From assembly GCA_049318005.1 (NCBI GenBank), contig JBMOHE010000001.1, forward strand, positions 117,995 to 181,994: a DNA stretch of 64,000 bases. Direction: 5' to 3'. The position numbers were made by a program, and so were the translations under genes. The notes beneath the pieces were generated by a model. That model saw only the letters and a list, made by a program, of their open reading frames with translations, had not been told where the DNA came from and ran no database searches. Below, one piece after another: positions 27,893 to 36,146 of this stretch. Every line of letters begins with the position of its first letter. The first letter of the stretch is position 1. This stretch comes from Patescibacteria group bacterium (lineage in GTDB: Bacteria > Patescibacteriota > Patescibacteriia > Patescibacteriales > UBA12465).

Positions 27893-27959
27893 ATTTTTTA
27901 AAATATACTTATAAATATATACTTACATTTATTATATCATTAATCTAAATAATATTCAA

Positions 27960-29195
27960 TTATACGCCCTGATTAAAGACCAGAGTGCTATTTTTATAGT
28001 TATAATCAAAAGCTGATTTAAATTTCTCTATTATCATGACATCATCAGTTAAAATAGCTGATTCATCATTGTAATAAGAGCCCGCCTTACTCCAGTTATT
28101 CGTTCCAAACAATATTTTACTATCGTCAACCATTAACATGTGGTAATGAAGAAATGGGTCAACTACGTTAATTATGTTGTTCGGCTGATTATTATTTATG
28201 CTGAGTGGGGTGCTAGAAGCATCCATTAAAATTTCTAGATTATCTAATTTTAATCTCTTCTTTTCATCGTTTAAATAAGAAAAAGCTGAACTTTTATTTA
28301 TAATATTAAATGAATCGCCAATAACAATGACTCTAACGCCAGCACTAGCTCGATTTATCAATTCAGCTGCTAAATTTCTATCTGTTAAGTCCCAAATCAT
28401 AATTTTTATGCTGTTTTTAGCCTCCTTAATCAACTTATAAAGACTATCGTTTATTCCCTCGTTATGACGGCCTGGACCAAATAAAACTGTATATTTAAAT
28501 TTTCCAGCTATAAGCTCTAGGTCCTTGGGATTATATGATTTATTATCCAGCTTCTTTATACCTGATTCTCCAAAGCTTAATCGATCAAATTCATGGCCAA
28601 AACTATTAACTAGCCAATGACTACCAGTTAAAAAAAGAAAACTCTGATCATACTCGTCCTGAATTTCGGTCCAATTATTAGAACCAAATATTAAGCGTTC
28701 ATTATTTTCTCCTCTATCTATCAGGGCAAATTTATGATGCATTAAAACAGAATAAGTAGTACTGGAGCTTCCCAGATCTAAGCGTTTTATGGCTAGAGGT
28801 AAATCAAGCCACAGAACATCATTGATCTCTTTTTTATGTAAATCGAAAATTAAAGTTACCTTTACTCCACGATCTACCGCCCTATACACAGCCTCTTTTA
28901 TGCTTTGCGATTTAAAAGAATAAACAGCGATTTCTAAACTCTTACTAGCCTTATCAATTTCCTTAATTATTAAAGGCGAGAATGAATTAGTGCTGGAGGC
29001 GTAATTAAAATATATGTTGCTTTCTACTGGCTCACTAGTTTTTACAATTTCCCCTAAATCATGACTCATAAATATACTACCCAATAGGTTATATGACTCC
29101 TTGGCCAGCCAAGCTAATAACAAGATACTAAAAACGATTACTATTAATATAATAGCTTTATTATGAACTATTTTTTTTAATTTTCTAAATTTCAT
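27960..29195 (-). CDS. PLD-superfamily protein (two HKD-type motifs, the second degenerate) with an N-terminal signal-anchor.
   Basis: Motif 1 HHKFALID...GSNNWT (HxKxxxxD...GSxN); motif 2 HYHMLMVDD...GTNNWS (K replaced by H); N-terminal TM IILIVIVFSILLLAWLA. Overlaps the upstream gene by 11 nt. Confidence 0.75.
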   Translation of the reverse strand: MKFRKLKKIVHNKAIILIVIVFSILLLAWLAKESYNLLGSIFMSHDLGEIVKTSEPVESNIYFNYASSTNSFSPLIIKEIDKASKSLEIAVYSFKSQSIKEAVYRAVDRGVKVTLIFDLHKKEINDVLWLDLPLAIKRLDLGSSSTTYSVLMHHKFALIDRGENNERLIFGSNNWTEIQDEYDQSFLFLTGSHWLVNSFGHEFDRLSFGESGIKKLDNKSYNPKDLELIAGKFKYTVLFGPGRHNEGINDSLYKLIKEAKNSIKIMIWDLTDRNLAAELINRASAGVRVIVIGDSFNIINKSSAFSYLNDEKKRLKLDNLEILMDASSTPLSINNNQPNNIINVVDPFLHYHMLMVDDSKILFGTNNWSKAGSYYNDESAILTDDVMIIEKFKSAFDYNYKNSTLVFNQGV

Positions 29196-30894
29196 AATAA
29201 TTATTATAATTTAGCAGATCGCGGCGCCCCTTAGAAAAAAAAACGAGTGAACTATCTTTGAGCTCCTTCTCCAAAAGAAGAAGCAAGGCGTCGATTGCGG
29301 GATCATTTAAATCGAGCCAATAATTATCAATAGTTATAAACTTCGGTTTTGTCTGAAGACAATGAGCAACTTGTAATAGTAAGCAACTTTTTGAATTAGT
29401 AATAAACTTATCAGCCCTTAAGCGCCAATCAGCTCTTTCAAAAAATATATCTTTCAATTCTTTATGGCTGTTAACTAAGTTTGAAATGCTTAGCAAGTCA
29501 TCGGTCTTAACTCTATCCTTTTCTTTCCCGGCCACTATTTCCAAAATACTGCGTCCACTTTTAAAGGCCGGGTCTATATAATATGAACCAGAATACGCTC
29601 TAAAAAAATCATTATAGTAAAAACGTTGCTTATCCGCTTTAATTATCCAAGCATGACGATTAAAATCACTTCGCCCGGCAAATAATTTTGCCAGTTTCGT
29701 CTTTCCGCTTAATCTATCGCCACTTATTAAATATCGAAATCCAACAATAAACTCAAATGATAAATTCTTATAATATTTAGACTTTTTATAAAGTTTTGTT
29801 TTTGAGCTTTGAAAAATTAAACTTTTAAACTTATGTTTTATTAACTTATTAAGGGGCCGTATGCCTTTAGGCGGTATGGACAAAATTAATCCGAATAGCA
29901 GCGGGACCGAATAGAGTCCAACTCGTAAACTTTCAAACAGTAAACGTGAGCAATAGATTATTAAAATTATCAATAAAAAGTTATTATCGGGACTAACGGA
30001 AAGAATTGCGCTTATCTCCTGTCTATAATAACTAATTAGCCAGCTAAAGAAAATAAATATAATAAACAAGATGCTTGATCCAAACTTCAACCATAGGTCA
30101 CGGCGAACTCTAAAATAAGAATCCAATTTTACCAAATTATTAAAATCGGACAGAGCCTGATTCTCTCGACGAAAAAATTTTGTAAACTGCCAATCTGATA
30201 ATGAAAAATCTACTAATTTAATAACTTGGGAATAAAAAGTAGTTTCTTTAATAACATATTTTTTTGCAATAAAAAAAGCGCTAATCATTACTAGAGCGCT
30301 CAATATTAAAGATAATATTAACCACCAAAGAAGCTTCGGTCCAAAAATAAAACACAGAATAATAAATATAAAAACTAGAAGAAGCCAACGGACGGAGCCG
30401 AGCAGGCAGTTTGTTAAGCCAGAAGAAAGCATCGGCAAATGGTATGATATTTTAGCAAGCAGTCTCCCCTTTTTTTCTAAATTATATTCGTCATTGGTTT
30501 GAGATAATAATGATTTAAACCAATTTTCGCGTAAATTATTAATTAAGCGAATAACGGCCGTTTTTTCTAACTTAATTGCCAGATAAGACACAACTAAATA
30601 TAAACTTGCCGCCCCTGCAATAACCAACAAGGTTACAATCAGACTTACTTTAGTAGTCGATATTGCTCCTGATTTAATATACTGATGGCTGATCAATATT
30701 AAAATTATTTCTAAAATTCCCTGCCCAAAAATAAGAGCTAAAGTAAAAAGAATTATTTTTTTTTCTTTTTTAAAAAATTTCAAAAGATAATTAATATGCT
30801 CCCGTAAAGGACGCAGGGATTGACGACTCCAGCGCTCGTCTCTCAATTCACGTAAAAATTTAATTTGTTCATCGGCCATATCCATAAATAACAT
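29185..30894 (-). CDS. ABC exporter-like fused TMD-NBD protein with a degenerate nucleotide-binding domain.
   Basis: Six TM helices with long cytoplasmic loops (type I exporter fold); Walker A ISGDRLSGKTKL is present, but the ABC signature is replaced by ITNSKSCLL and Walker B by FITIDNYW (no catalytic Glu). Overlaps the RT gene by 26 nt. Confidence 0.7.
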   Translation of the reverse strand: MLFMDMADEQIKFLRELRDERWSRQSLRPLREHINYLLKFFKKEKKIILFTLALIFGQGILEIILILISHQYIKSGAISTTKVSLIVTLLVIAGAASLYLVVSYLAIKLEKTAVIRLINNLRENWFKSLLSQTNDEYNLEKKGRLLAKISYHLPMLSSGLTNCLLGSVRWLLLVFIFIILCFIFGPKLLWWLILSLILSALVMISAFFIAKKYVIKETTFYSQVIKLVDFSLSDWQFTKFFRRENQALSDFNNLVKLDSYFRVRRDLWLKFGSSILFIIFIFFSWLISYYRQEISAILSVSPDNNFLLIILIIYCSRLLFESLRVGLYSVPLLFGLILSIPPKGIRPLNKLIKHKFKSLIFQSSKTKLYKKSKYYKNLSFEFIVGFRYLISGDRLSGKTKLAKLFAGRSDFNRHAWIIKADKQRFYYNDFFRAYSGSYYIDPAFKSGRSILEIVAGKEKDRVKTDDLLSISNLVNSHKELKDIFFERADWRLRADKFITNSKSCLLLQVAHCLQTKPKFITIDNYWLDLNDPAIDALLLLLEKELKDSSLVFFSKGRRDLLNYNNYYEI

Positions 30895-32080
30895 TTAAAA
30901 AATATTTATAAACTGAAGAGAGATGCATGTTTTTAAGCTCTGTTTCTAAAAGTCTTCTATTTTTAGGCGTATAGGTTTTAAAAAAATATCGTGTTAATAT
31001 ATGAAAAAAATTTTCCGACAAAGCTCTTATTTGCTCCCCGTCATTTACTAATTTTTTTTGTTTAGCTATTTCACGAAAATCGACTAATAGATTATTATTA
31101 CTTTGAGATAATACTGACCGCAAATAGTTCTTTTTTCTCGCTAAACTTTTAAAATTATAATAATTAAACTGAGAACTCCAACGAAGTAAAGTGTGTTTTA
31201 AAAATCCCTTGTTTAAACTTACTAGCCCCGAGTCGAAACTATAACCGAGGTAATCAAATTTTTCTGCAGCGGTAATGTATTTCGTTTTACTAGAACTAAC
31301 CATGAGCCCTAATTTTTTTGTTTCAGAAATCAAGTAGTCATAAAGAATTTTTAAACGATCCTTATTCTTATCCATAATAATTAAATCATCACCAACGCGA
31401 CGATAAAAATCAGAATTTTTTCCACAATATTTATCAAATTCGTCTAAATAAAGATTGTTAAATAAGCCGATTAGGGGGGTGCCAGTAATTAGACCAAACT
31501 TCGGATTAATAATTTCTCCATCGCGAATAGCCTTTGGAGAAACGAATAATGACAAAAGCTTTACCATGGGCTCGCTAAAACCCATGTTTTTAATTTTATT
31601 TATTAATATATCAAACTGAATATAGGAGCTATAGTCGGCCATGTCAGAGACAATTAAAGAATCTCTTTTATAATATCTTTGATAATGGCGAACCGTACTT
31701 CGACCGGCAAAATAGCTCGGGTGAGATTTTCTATAAGAAAAAAGCCAAGGCGAAAAATAATTATCAAAATATGGTTCAACTATTTGATAAACTGCTTGCG
31801 CCTTGACTCTGTCTTTAAGATTATAAATATAAATTTCCCGCATCTTCCCGGGCTTATTCTTTTTGGGAATTCTAACTAAAATAGCCGGAGAAAGCGAAGT
31901 AAAATTTATAATTTCGCTCTGAACTTCTTTTATTAATTTAGCTGAACTGATCTCTAAATCACTAAATTTTAAATTATCCCAACCAGCATATCTTCCCAGG
32001 CGATTATCGCTTTCCATCTGCTCAATCAGATTTAAATAAGCTTTCTCTATATTTTTTTTATCAATTATTTCATTAAACAT
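30869..32080 (-). CDS. Reverse transcriptase (prokaryotic retron / group-II-like / unknown-group clade), 403 aa with all seven RT motifs and a thumb-like C-terminus.
   Basis: Motif 1 ILVRIPKKNKPGKMREI; motif 2 LKDRVKAQAVYQI; A LIVSDMADYSSYIQFD; B GLITGTPLIGLFNNLYL; C YRRVGDDLIIM (YxDD-type GDD); D LKILYDYLISETKKLGL; E FDYLGYSF. Confidence 0.85.
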   Translation of the reverse strand: MFNEIIDKKNIEKAYLNLIEQMESDNRLGRYAGWDNLKFSDLEISSAKLIKEVQSEIINFTSLSPAILVRIPKKNKPGKMREIYIYNLKDRVKAQAVYQIVEPYFDNYFSPWLFSYRKSHPSYFAGRSTVRHYQRYYKRDSLIVSDMADYSSYIQFDILINKIKNMGFSEPMVKLLSLFVSPKAIRDGEIINPKFGLITGTPLIGLFNNLYLDEFDKYCGKNSDFYRRVGDDLIIMDKNKDRLKILYDYLISETKKLGLMVSSSKTKYITAAEKFDYLGYSFDSGLVSLNKGFLKHTLLRWSSQFNYYNFKSLARKKNYLRSVLSQSNNNLLVDFREIAKQKKLVNDGEQIRALSENFFHILTRYFFKTYTPKNRRLLETELKNMHLSSVYKYFLNVIYGYGR

Positions 32081-32091
32081 AAATCGAGTTC

Positions 32092-32352
32092 CCTAGCTGC
32101 TACTTCTAGTCTGGCCGGACCTTAGCGGACGACCATTATTTATACAAAGAGTACGATTTAATCGCATGGCTCCGTAGAAATACGGAGCTGTGCAGCGCAT
32201 GGCTCTGTAGAAATACGGAGCTGTGCAGTAGAATTGTACATAATCAACCCATCAATTACTACCGACATTAGCGGCTTTTTTAGTAACAACCAATTGATTT
32301 TTAATGTCTCAAGGAGAATTAACTCTTTTGATTTTTAGAAGTAGCAACTAGG
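32092..32352 (-). ncRNA. Candidate structured non-coding RNA associated with the RT (retron msr/msd-like). A domain of about 225 nt is closed by 18-nt inverted repeats, and the proximal repeat ends 12 nt upstream of the RT start codon.
   Basis: Inverted repeats CCTAGCTGCTACTTCTAG (32092-32109) and rc of TTAGAAGTAGCAACTAGG (32335-32352) match 16 of 18 positions, with tandem palindromic 33-nt units inside. The strand is uncertain: a G•U wobble in one hairpin favours the plus strand, but the repeat's position next to the RT start favours the minus strand. Confidence 0.35.
32163..32228. repeat. Tandem direct repeat, 2 × 33 nt, each unit an imperfect palindrome (hairpin).
   Basis: CGCATGGCTCCGTAGAAATACGGAGCTGTGCAG (32163-32195) and CGCATGGCTCTGTAGAAATACGGAGCTGTGCAG (32196-32228) differ at one position. 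Each folds as GCa..GCTCCGTA-gaaa-TACGGAGC..TGC. Confidence 0.85.
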
Positions 32353-32560
32353 AAATTAGAAGTCTTACTTAACAAAATTACCCCATAAATACATTATATA
32401 TGTTTATTAGTAATTAGTAAACCAAGCTATTTCGTCAAGAAAGAAGTGAAAAATTAAGAATATAATAATTAGACGACAAAGGCAAAGTGTGCTGGAATAA
32501 AAAAAGTATACTGAAATAAATAATGCCACAGTCCGCCGGCGATGAGACTACTGCGAGACG

Positions 32561-32596
32561 AAAAAAAATCTTACTTTTTAGTAAGATTATAAATTA
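32561..32596 (-). terminator. Rho-independent terminator of the NUDIX / tRNA-Ser transcription unit.
   Basis: AATCTTAC-ttttta-GTAAGATT is a perfect 8-bp stem; read on the minus strand it is followed by U8. Confidence 0.75.
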
Positions 32597-32598
32597 AA

Positions 32599-33057
32599 TT
32601 ATAGCGGTTTATAATTAAACTCTTTGACAGTCAAACCATCGGCGCTAAGTTTAATTTCAGCTTCAATTTTTTCTCCTGCGAGTATAAGCGGCATCCACAT
32701 AGCATCATCTATCCACATTTCGTCAAATGGAAGATTGGCTATGGAGCGCCATTGAGGGCTCATCTCTTCGGTTTCAATAGGGTTCCCCTTCCAAACATAA
32801 AGTAAAAACACATAACAATCAAAAACATGATTTTCATCAAAGTAAAAATGAATTAAAGCAACTTGTTTAAGATTGTCTTCGCTAGTAATAAGGCCGGACT
32901 CCTCTTTAAGTTCACGGATAGTAGCCATCAAAGGGCTTTCATTCTCTTCGATTTTTCCCCCGTAACCATTTAATTTATCACAGCCGAAGCCACGCTTCTT
33001 TAATCCTAAAAGAATTTGTTCCTCGTTAATACAATAACAAAGAGTTGATTTTTCCAT
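32599..33057 (-). CDS. NUDIX hydrolase.
   Basis: Nudix box [24 protein letters not shown] (GX5EX7REUXEEXGU). I place the start at MEKS (33057), because the ORF-track extension to 33135 would overlap the tRNA. Confidence 0.8.
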   Translation of the reverse strand: MEKSTLCYCINEEQILLGLKKRGFGCDKLNGYGGKIEENESPLMATIRELKEESGLITSEDNLKQVALIHFYFDENHVFDCYVFLLYVWKGNPIETEEMSPQWRSIANLPFDEMWIDDAMWMPLILAGEKIEAEIKLSADGLTVKEFNYKPL

Positions 33058-33089
33058 ACTATTGCCTTTTATAATGTACAAAACAAGTG

Positions 33090-33174
33090 CGGAGAGACAG
33101 GGATTCGAACCCTGGGTACCTTTCGGTACACACACTTTCCAGGCGTGCGCACTAGACCGCTATGCGACCTCTCC
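33090..33174 (-). tRNA. tRNA-Ser (anticodon GGA), class II with a long variable arm; CCA not encoded.
   Basis: The reverse complement is GGAGAGG-TC-GCA-TAGCGGTCTAG-TGC-G-CACGC-CU[GGA]AA-GUGUG-UGUACCGAAAGGUACC-CAGGG-UUCGAAU-CCCUG-UCUCUCC-G. It has a 7-bp acceptor stem, U33, A37, a 16-nt variable arm, a T-loop TTCGAAT and discriminator G. Confidence 0.85.
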
Positions 33175-33200
33175 AAAAGCGATTTATGGTCGCTTTGTTT

Positions 33201-33932
33201 TTATTTTTTTAATAACTCGGTAACAATAGTTTTCAAGCCCAAAATTTTGTCACCATTTGAATCTGTATAATCCTCATATGGACGAGCGCCCAAAATCATT
33301 TCTTTACCAATAAATATAGTTGGCGCACCAAGCACGCTATAAGTTTCTGCTTCAGAACTGAGCCCCTCTATTTTTGCGGATTTTTCATTATTAGTCAAGC
33401 AAGCATTAAGACTACTTTGGTCTAAATTAATCTGAGAAGCATATGAATTTAACTCCTCCAAATTTAAACCTTCATTCTTTGTTTTAGCAAGTAACAGTGC
33501 ACGCATTTCAATCCATTTGTTTTGATCACCGGCACATTCGATTGCTAAAGCAGCTTCTCTGCTAGCCGTTTCGTTTTTAGAAATATAGGGCCTGATAATA
33601 ACCGAAACGTCATTTTTATTTTCTGAATATATCCTATCTATGGTTTCGGCTAATTCGGCGCTATATAAGTTAGCGGCGTCTTCGTAAACAAATATTTTTA
33701 GTTTTGCATCTTTATCGCCAAATATTTTATCCCCCTCTTTAAAACTTGGGTATTTAACCGATGAATAAACCTGCGCCATCGCGCTTCCAATAGTAATTTT
33801 TTGAAACTTATTATTTTCTTCAATGTCAGAATTATTACTTCTGACTTTAAAAATAACCAATGCCAAAAATATCATCGATAGGACAAATACGATGATAATT
33901 AGAATGCTTTTTAAATTTTTAATGCTTTTCAT
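33201..33932 (-). CDS. Membrane-anchored DsbA-like thioredoxin-fold protein lacking the CxxC active site.
   Basis: N-terminal TM; the fold resembles BdbD/DsbA (cis-Pro loop region GAPTIFIG), but the position of the CxxC reads EDAANLYS. Confidence 0.45.
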   Translation of the reverse strand: MKSIKNLKSILIIIVFVLSMIFLALVIFKVRSNNSDIEENNKFQKITIGSAMAQVYSSVKYPSFKEGDKIFGDKDAKLKIFVYEDAANLYSAELAETIDRIYSENKNDVSVIIRPYISKNETASREAALAIECAGDQNKWIEMRALLLAKTKNEGLNLEELNSYASQINLDQSSLNACLTNNEKSAKIEGLSSEAETYSVLGAPTIFIGKEMILGARPYEDYTDSNGDKILGLKTIVTELLKK

Positions 33933-33961
33933 AATCTTTTGATTATTTTATAAATAATTTA

Positions 33962-35425
33962 TTATTTCTCTAAAACCCCGGCGACTTTAAATATTGTTCC
34001 CTCTTCTAAGCGCGGGGCTATTAACTGTGCGCCAACTGGCATATCATTTCCTTCTCTTGTTTTAACTAGACCAATGGGAACAGACAGCGCCGGTAAACCA
34101 GCTAAAGATGCACCAGTCACGAAAATATCCTCCATGTACATAGCTAGCGGATCATTAATCTGCTCACCTATTTTAAAAGCTGAGTGAGGCGAGGTAGGAG
34201 TTAGTAATATATCAACTTTCTCAAATACTTTATTAAAATCATTAACAATTAAAGTTCTAACTGATTGAGCCTTTTTATAATAGGCGTCATAATAACCAGC
34301 ACTAAGAGCATAAGTTCCTAACATTATACGGCGCTTAACTTCTTGACCAAAACCAAGTCCACGATTTGTTTTATAAAAATCCTGAAGATCCTTCGCTTCA
34401 TTTTTTGCTAAGCCCCAACCTATACCATCAAAACGCGCTAAGTTAGAACTAATTTCAGAGGGCGTAATTATATAATAAACCGGTACTCCGTATTCAGTAT
34501 TAGGCAAAGATACTTTAACCATTTCGGCACCAAAATATTCTAATTTTTTAATAGTTTCTTCTAGGCGTAAGGATATTTCTTTATTCATTTCTTTCAAGAA
34601 ATATTCTTTTGGCAAGCCAACTTTAATCCCTTTTAAAGGATGCGGTCCGGCTACTTTTAGATTAACTGAGTTAATCTTTTCTTCATAAACTTCAACCGCT
34701 TCCGGCGAACTAGTCGCATCTAAATCATCACGACCAGCGATTACTTTTAAAACTAGGGCCGAATCATAAGCGTTTTTAGTTAAAGAGCCGATTACGTCGG
34801 TTGAGGAGGTCATAGAAAGTAAACCGAAACGCGACACGCGTCCATAGCCTGGTTTGAGGCCATAGATACCACAGAAGCTAGCTGGTTGGCGAATTGAACC
34901 ACCCGTATCAGAACCAATCGCAAAAATACACATATTAGAAACTAGCGCCGCGGCTGAACCGCCCGAAGACCCACCAGGAACTCGAGTTAAATCAAGCGGA
35001 TTCTTAGTCGCGCCATAGGCAGAATTTTCAGTTGAAGCACCATGGGCGAATTCATCCATATTAGTCTTGCCTAGTAATACTGCTCCCGCTTCTTTTAATT
35101 TTTTTATAATAGTCGCGTCATATGGTGCAATATAGTTTTCTAAAATTTTTGAAGCGGCCGTTGTTTTTATTCCTTTCGTCATTATATTGTCTTTGCAAAG
35201 ATAAGGAATACCAAGCAGGTCGCCGGTCTCTCCTGACTTGATTCTTTTATCCGCCTCTTTAGCATCAGAAACGGCCGAATCTTCACAAGCAGTTAGCACG
35301 GCGTTAATTTCTGGATTTAATTTTTTTATTTGCAAAAGACAGGCCTTAGCCAATTCTAAAGATGAGATTTCACCACTATCTAATTTTATACGCGCTTCTT
35401 TAATTGTAAGTTCATTTAAATTCAT
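33962..35425 (-). CDS. gatA: Glutamyl/aspartyl-tRNA amidotransferase subunit A.
   Basis: Amidase signature GGSSGGSAAALV and the catalytic Ser-cisSer-Lys context (KDNIMTKGIKTTAAS). Confidence 0.9.
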   Translation of the reverse strand: MNLNELTIKEARIKLDSGEISSLELAKACLLQIKKLNPEINAVLTACEDSAVSDAKEADKRIKSGETGDLLGIPYLCKDNIMTKGIKTTAASKILENYIAPYDATIIKKLKEAGAVLLGKTNMDEFAHGASTENSAYGATKNPLDLTRVPGGSSGGSAAALVSNMCIFAIGSDTGGSIRQPASFCGIYGLKPGYGRVSRFGLLSMTSSTDVIGSLTKNAYDSALVLKVIAGRDDLDATSSPEAVEVYEEKINSVNLKVAGPHPLKGIKVGLPKEYFLKEMNKEISLRLEETIKKLEYFGAEMVKVSLPNTEYGVPVYYIITPSEISSNLARFDGIGWGLAKNEAKDLQDFYKTNRGLGFGQEVKRRIMLGTYALSAGYYDAYYKKAQSVRTLIVNDFNKVFEKVDILLTPTSPHSAFKIGEQINDPLAMYMEDIFVTGASLAGLPALSVPIGLVKTREGNDMPVGAQLIAPRLEEGTIFKVAGVLEK

Positions 35426-35510
35426 ATTCTATGGTCCCCTAATTTCATTAAATATTTATTTTTTATTTAAATTATTTTTATTGCTCTTAAGTTATAATAT
35501 TTTTTGCGTG

Positions 35511-35578
35511 GGCCCAGGAGCGGTCTCCAGACCAAAATTAGCACTTGGTTCCCGGGGTTCAACTCCCCGTGGGTCCAC
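35511..35578 (+). ncRNA. tRNA-like structured RNA element E1: a miniature cloverleaf with a tRNA-Ala-type acceptor (G3•U70, A73) and a canonical T-arm.
   Basis: GGGCCCA pairs with TGGGTCC (7 bp, with G•U at pair 3-70), followed by discriminator A; T-arm CGGGG-UUCAACU-CCCCG; mini D-like hairpin GGAG-CGGU-CUCC; central hairpin CCAA-AAUUAGCAC-UUGG. It lies in the gatC-gatA spacer on the strand opposite those genes. Confidence 0.4.
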
Positions 35579-35695
35579 TAGCTTTTAAATCTTGACGATA
35601 AAAAAATATTTGTTATAATTAATGTACAAGTGCTAATTTTGGATCAGAGCCGTAACGGAACCAGAAGAATCTCCCTAATGGGGAGATTTTTTGTT

Positions 35696-35980
35696 TTACA
35701 AAACTCGCTTAACTTTTATCTGACCATTTTCAATGTCACTCTGACCTAAGGCCGCTTCAATTTCTTCTCTATTCCAATTAATAACTTCATCACTTCTTAG
35801 AACATCCGATAGCCCGCTAACTGAAGCTGTGATTTCAATATTCTTAGTATTAACTTCTTTGAGTTTTTCTACATAAGCTAAAATAGACCCAAGCTGATCG
35901 CCGAATTTTACTTCTTCTTGGGAACTTAAATCTAAACGGGCTAGTTCAGCAATATGTTTTATATCTTCTTGGCTTATCAT
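35696..35980 (-). CDS. gatC: Glutamyl/aspartyl-tRNA amidotransferase subunit C.
   Basis: 94 aa; MISQEDIKHIAELARLDLSSQEEVKFGDQLGSILAYVEKL is typical of GatC. Confidence 0.85.
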   Translation of the reverse strand: MISQEDIKHIAELARLDLSSQEEVKFGDQLGSILAYVEKLKEVNTKNIEITASVSGLSDVLRSDEVINWNREEIEAALGQSDIENGQIKVKRVL

Positions 35981-36058
35981 ACTTTTCTAATATTTATGCG
36001 GGGTTTATTTTTTATTTAAATTTTCTTTATTAGCGACCTGTTATAATAACTTTACTGT

Positions 36059-36146
36059 GGGCCCGGCTAGGTAGCGGAATCGGACTTAACAATCGATTCT
36101 CCGGAGTTCAACTCCCTGCCTGCCGGCAGGCAGGTCCGCGGGTCCA
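36059..36146 (+). ncRNA. tRNA-like structured RNA element E2, a paralog of E1 with an extra GC-rich hairpin.
   Basis: GGGCCCG pairs with CGGGTCC (G•U at pair 3-70; the A-U to G-C change at pair 7-66 is a compensatory change relative to E1), discriminator A; GGAG-UUCAACU-CUCC T-arm-like hairpin; central hairpin GAATCG-(11 nt)-CGATTC; inserted palindrome CTGCCTGCCGGCAGGCAG. Confidence 0.35.

Noticed and set aside
32163-32228. Minimal CRISPR array.
   Set aside because: Only two 33-nt units, directly abutting with no spacer, each internally palindromic with a GAAA loop; no cas genes.
30869-32596. Diversity-generating retroelement (RT plus TR/VR) targeting the C-terminal domains of the nearby surface proteins.
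   Set aside because: RT motif B reads GTPLIG (Pro retained), not the DGR I/LGxxxSQ. By eye I find no ~100-bp template repeat near the RT matching any gene 3' end. The C-terminal Cys domains are not adenine-codon-rich, and the fibre array is 7 kb away behind housekeeping genes.
30869-32596. Group II intron (RT as the intron-encoded protein).
   Set aside because: The ABC-like ORF overlaps the RT stop by 26 nt, leaving no space for domains V/VI. No GUGYG...AY boundaries or domain V-like hairpin are seen.
32599-33135. The ORF-track version of the NUDIX gene extending to 33135.
   Set aside because: The extension ([18 protein letters not shown]...) is read through the tRNA-Ser gene; the internal MEKS start at 33057 fits the Nudix fold and avoids the tRNA.
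35238-35588. 116-aa plus-strand ORF covering the gatA start and the tRNA-like element E1.
   Set aside because: It overlaps the well-supported gatA gene on the opposite strand, and its C-terminal half is the structured RNA element; low-complexity translation.
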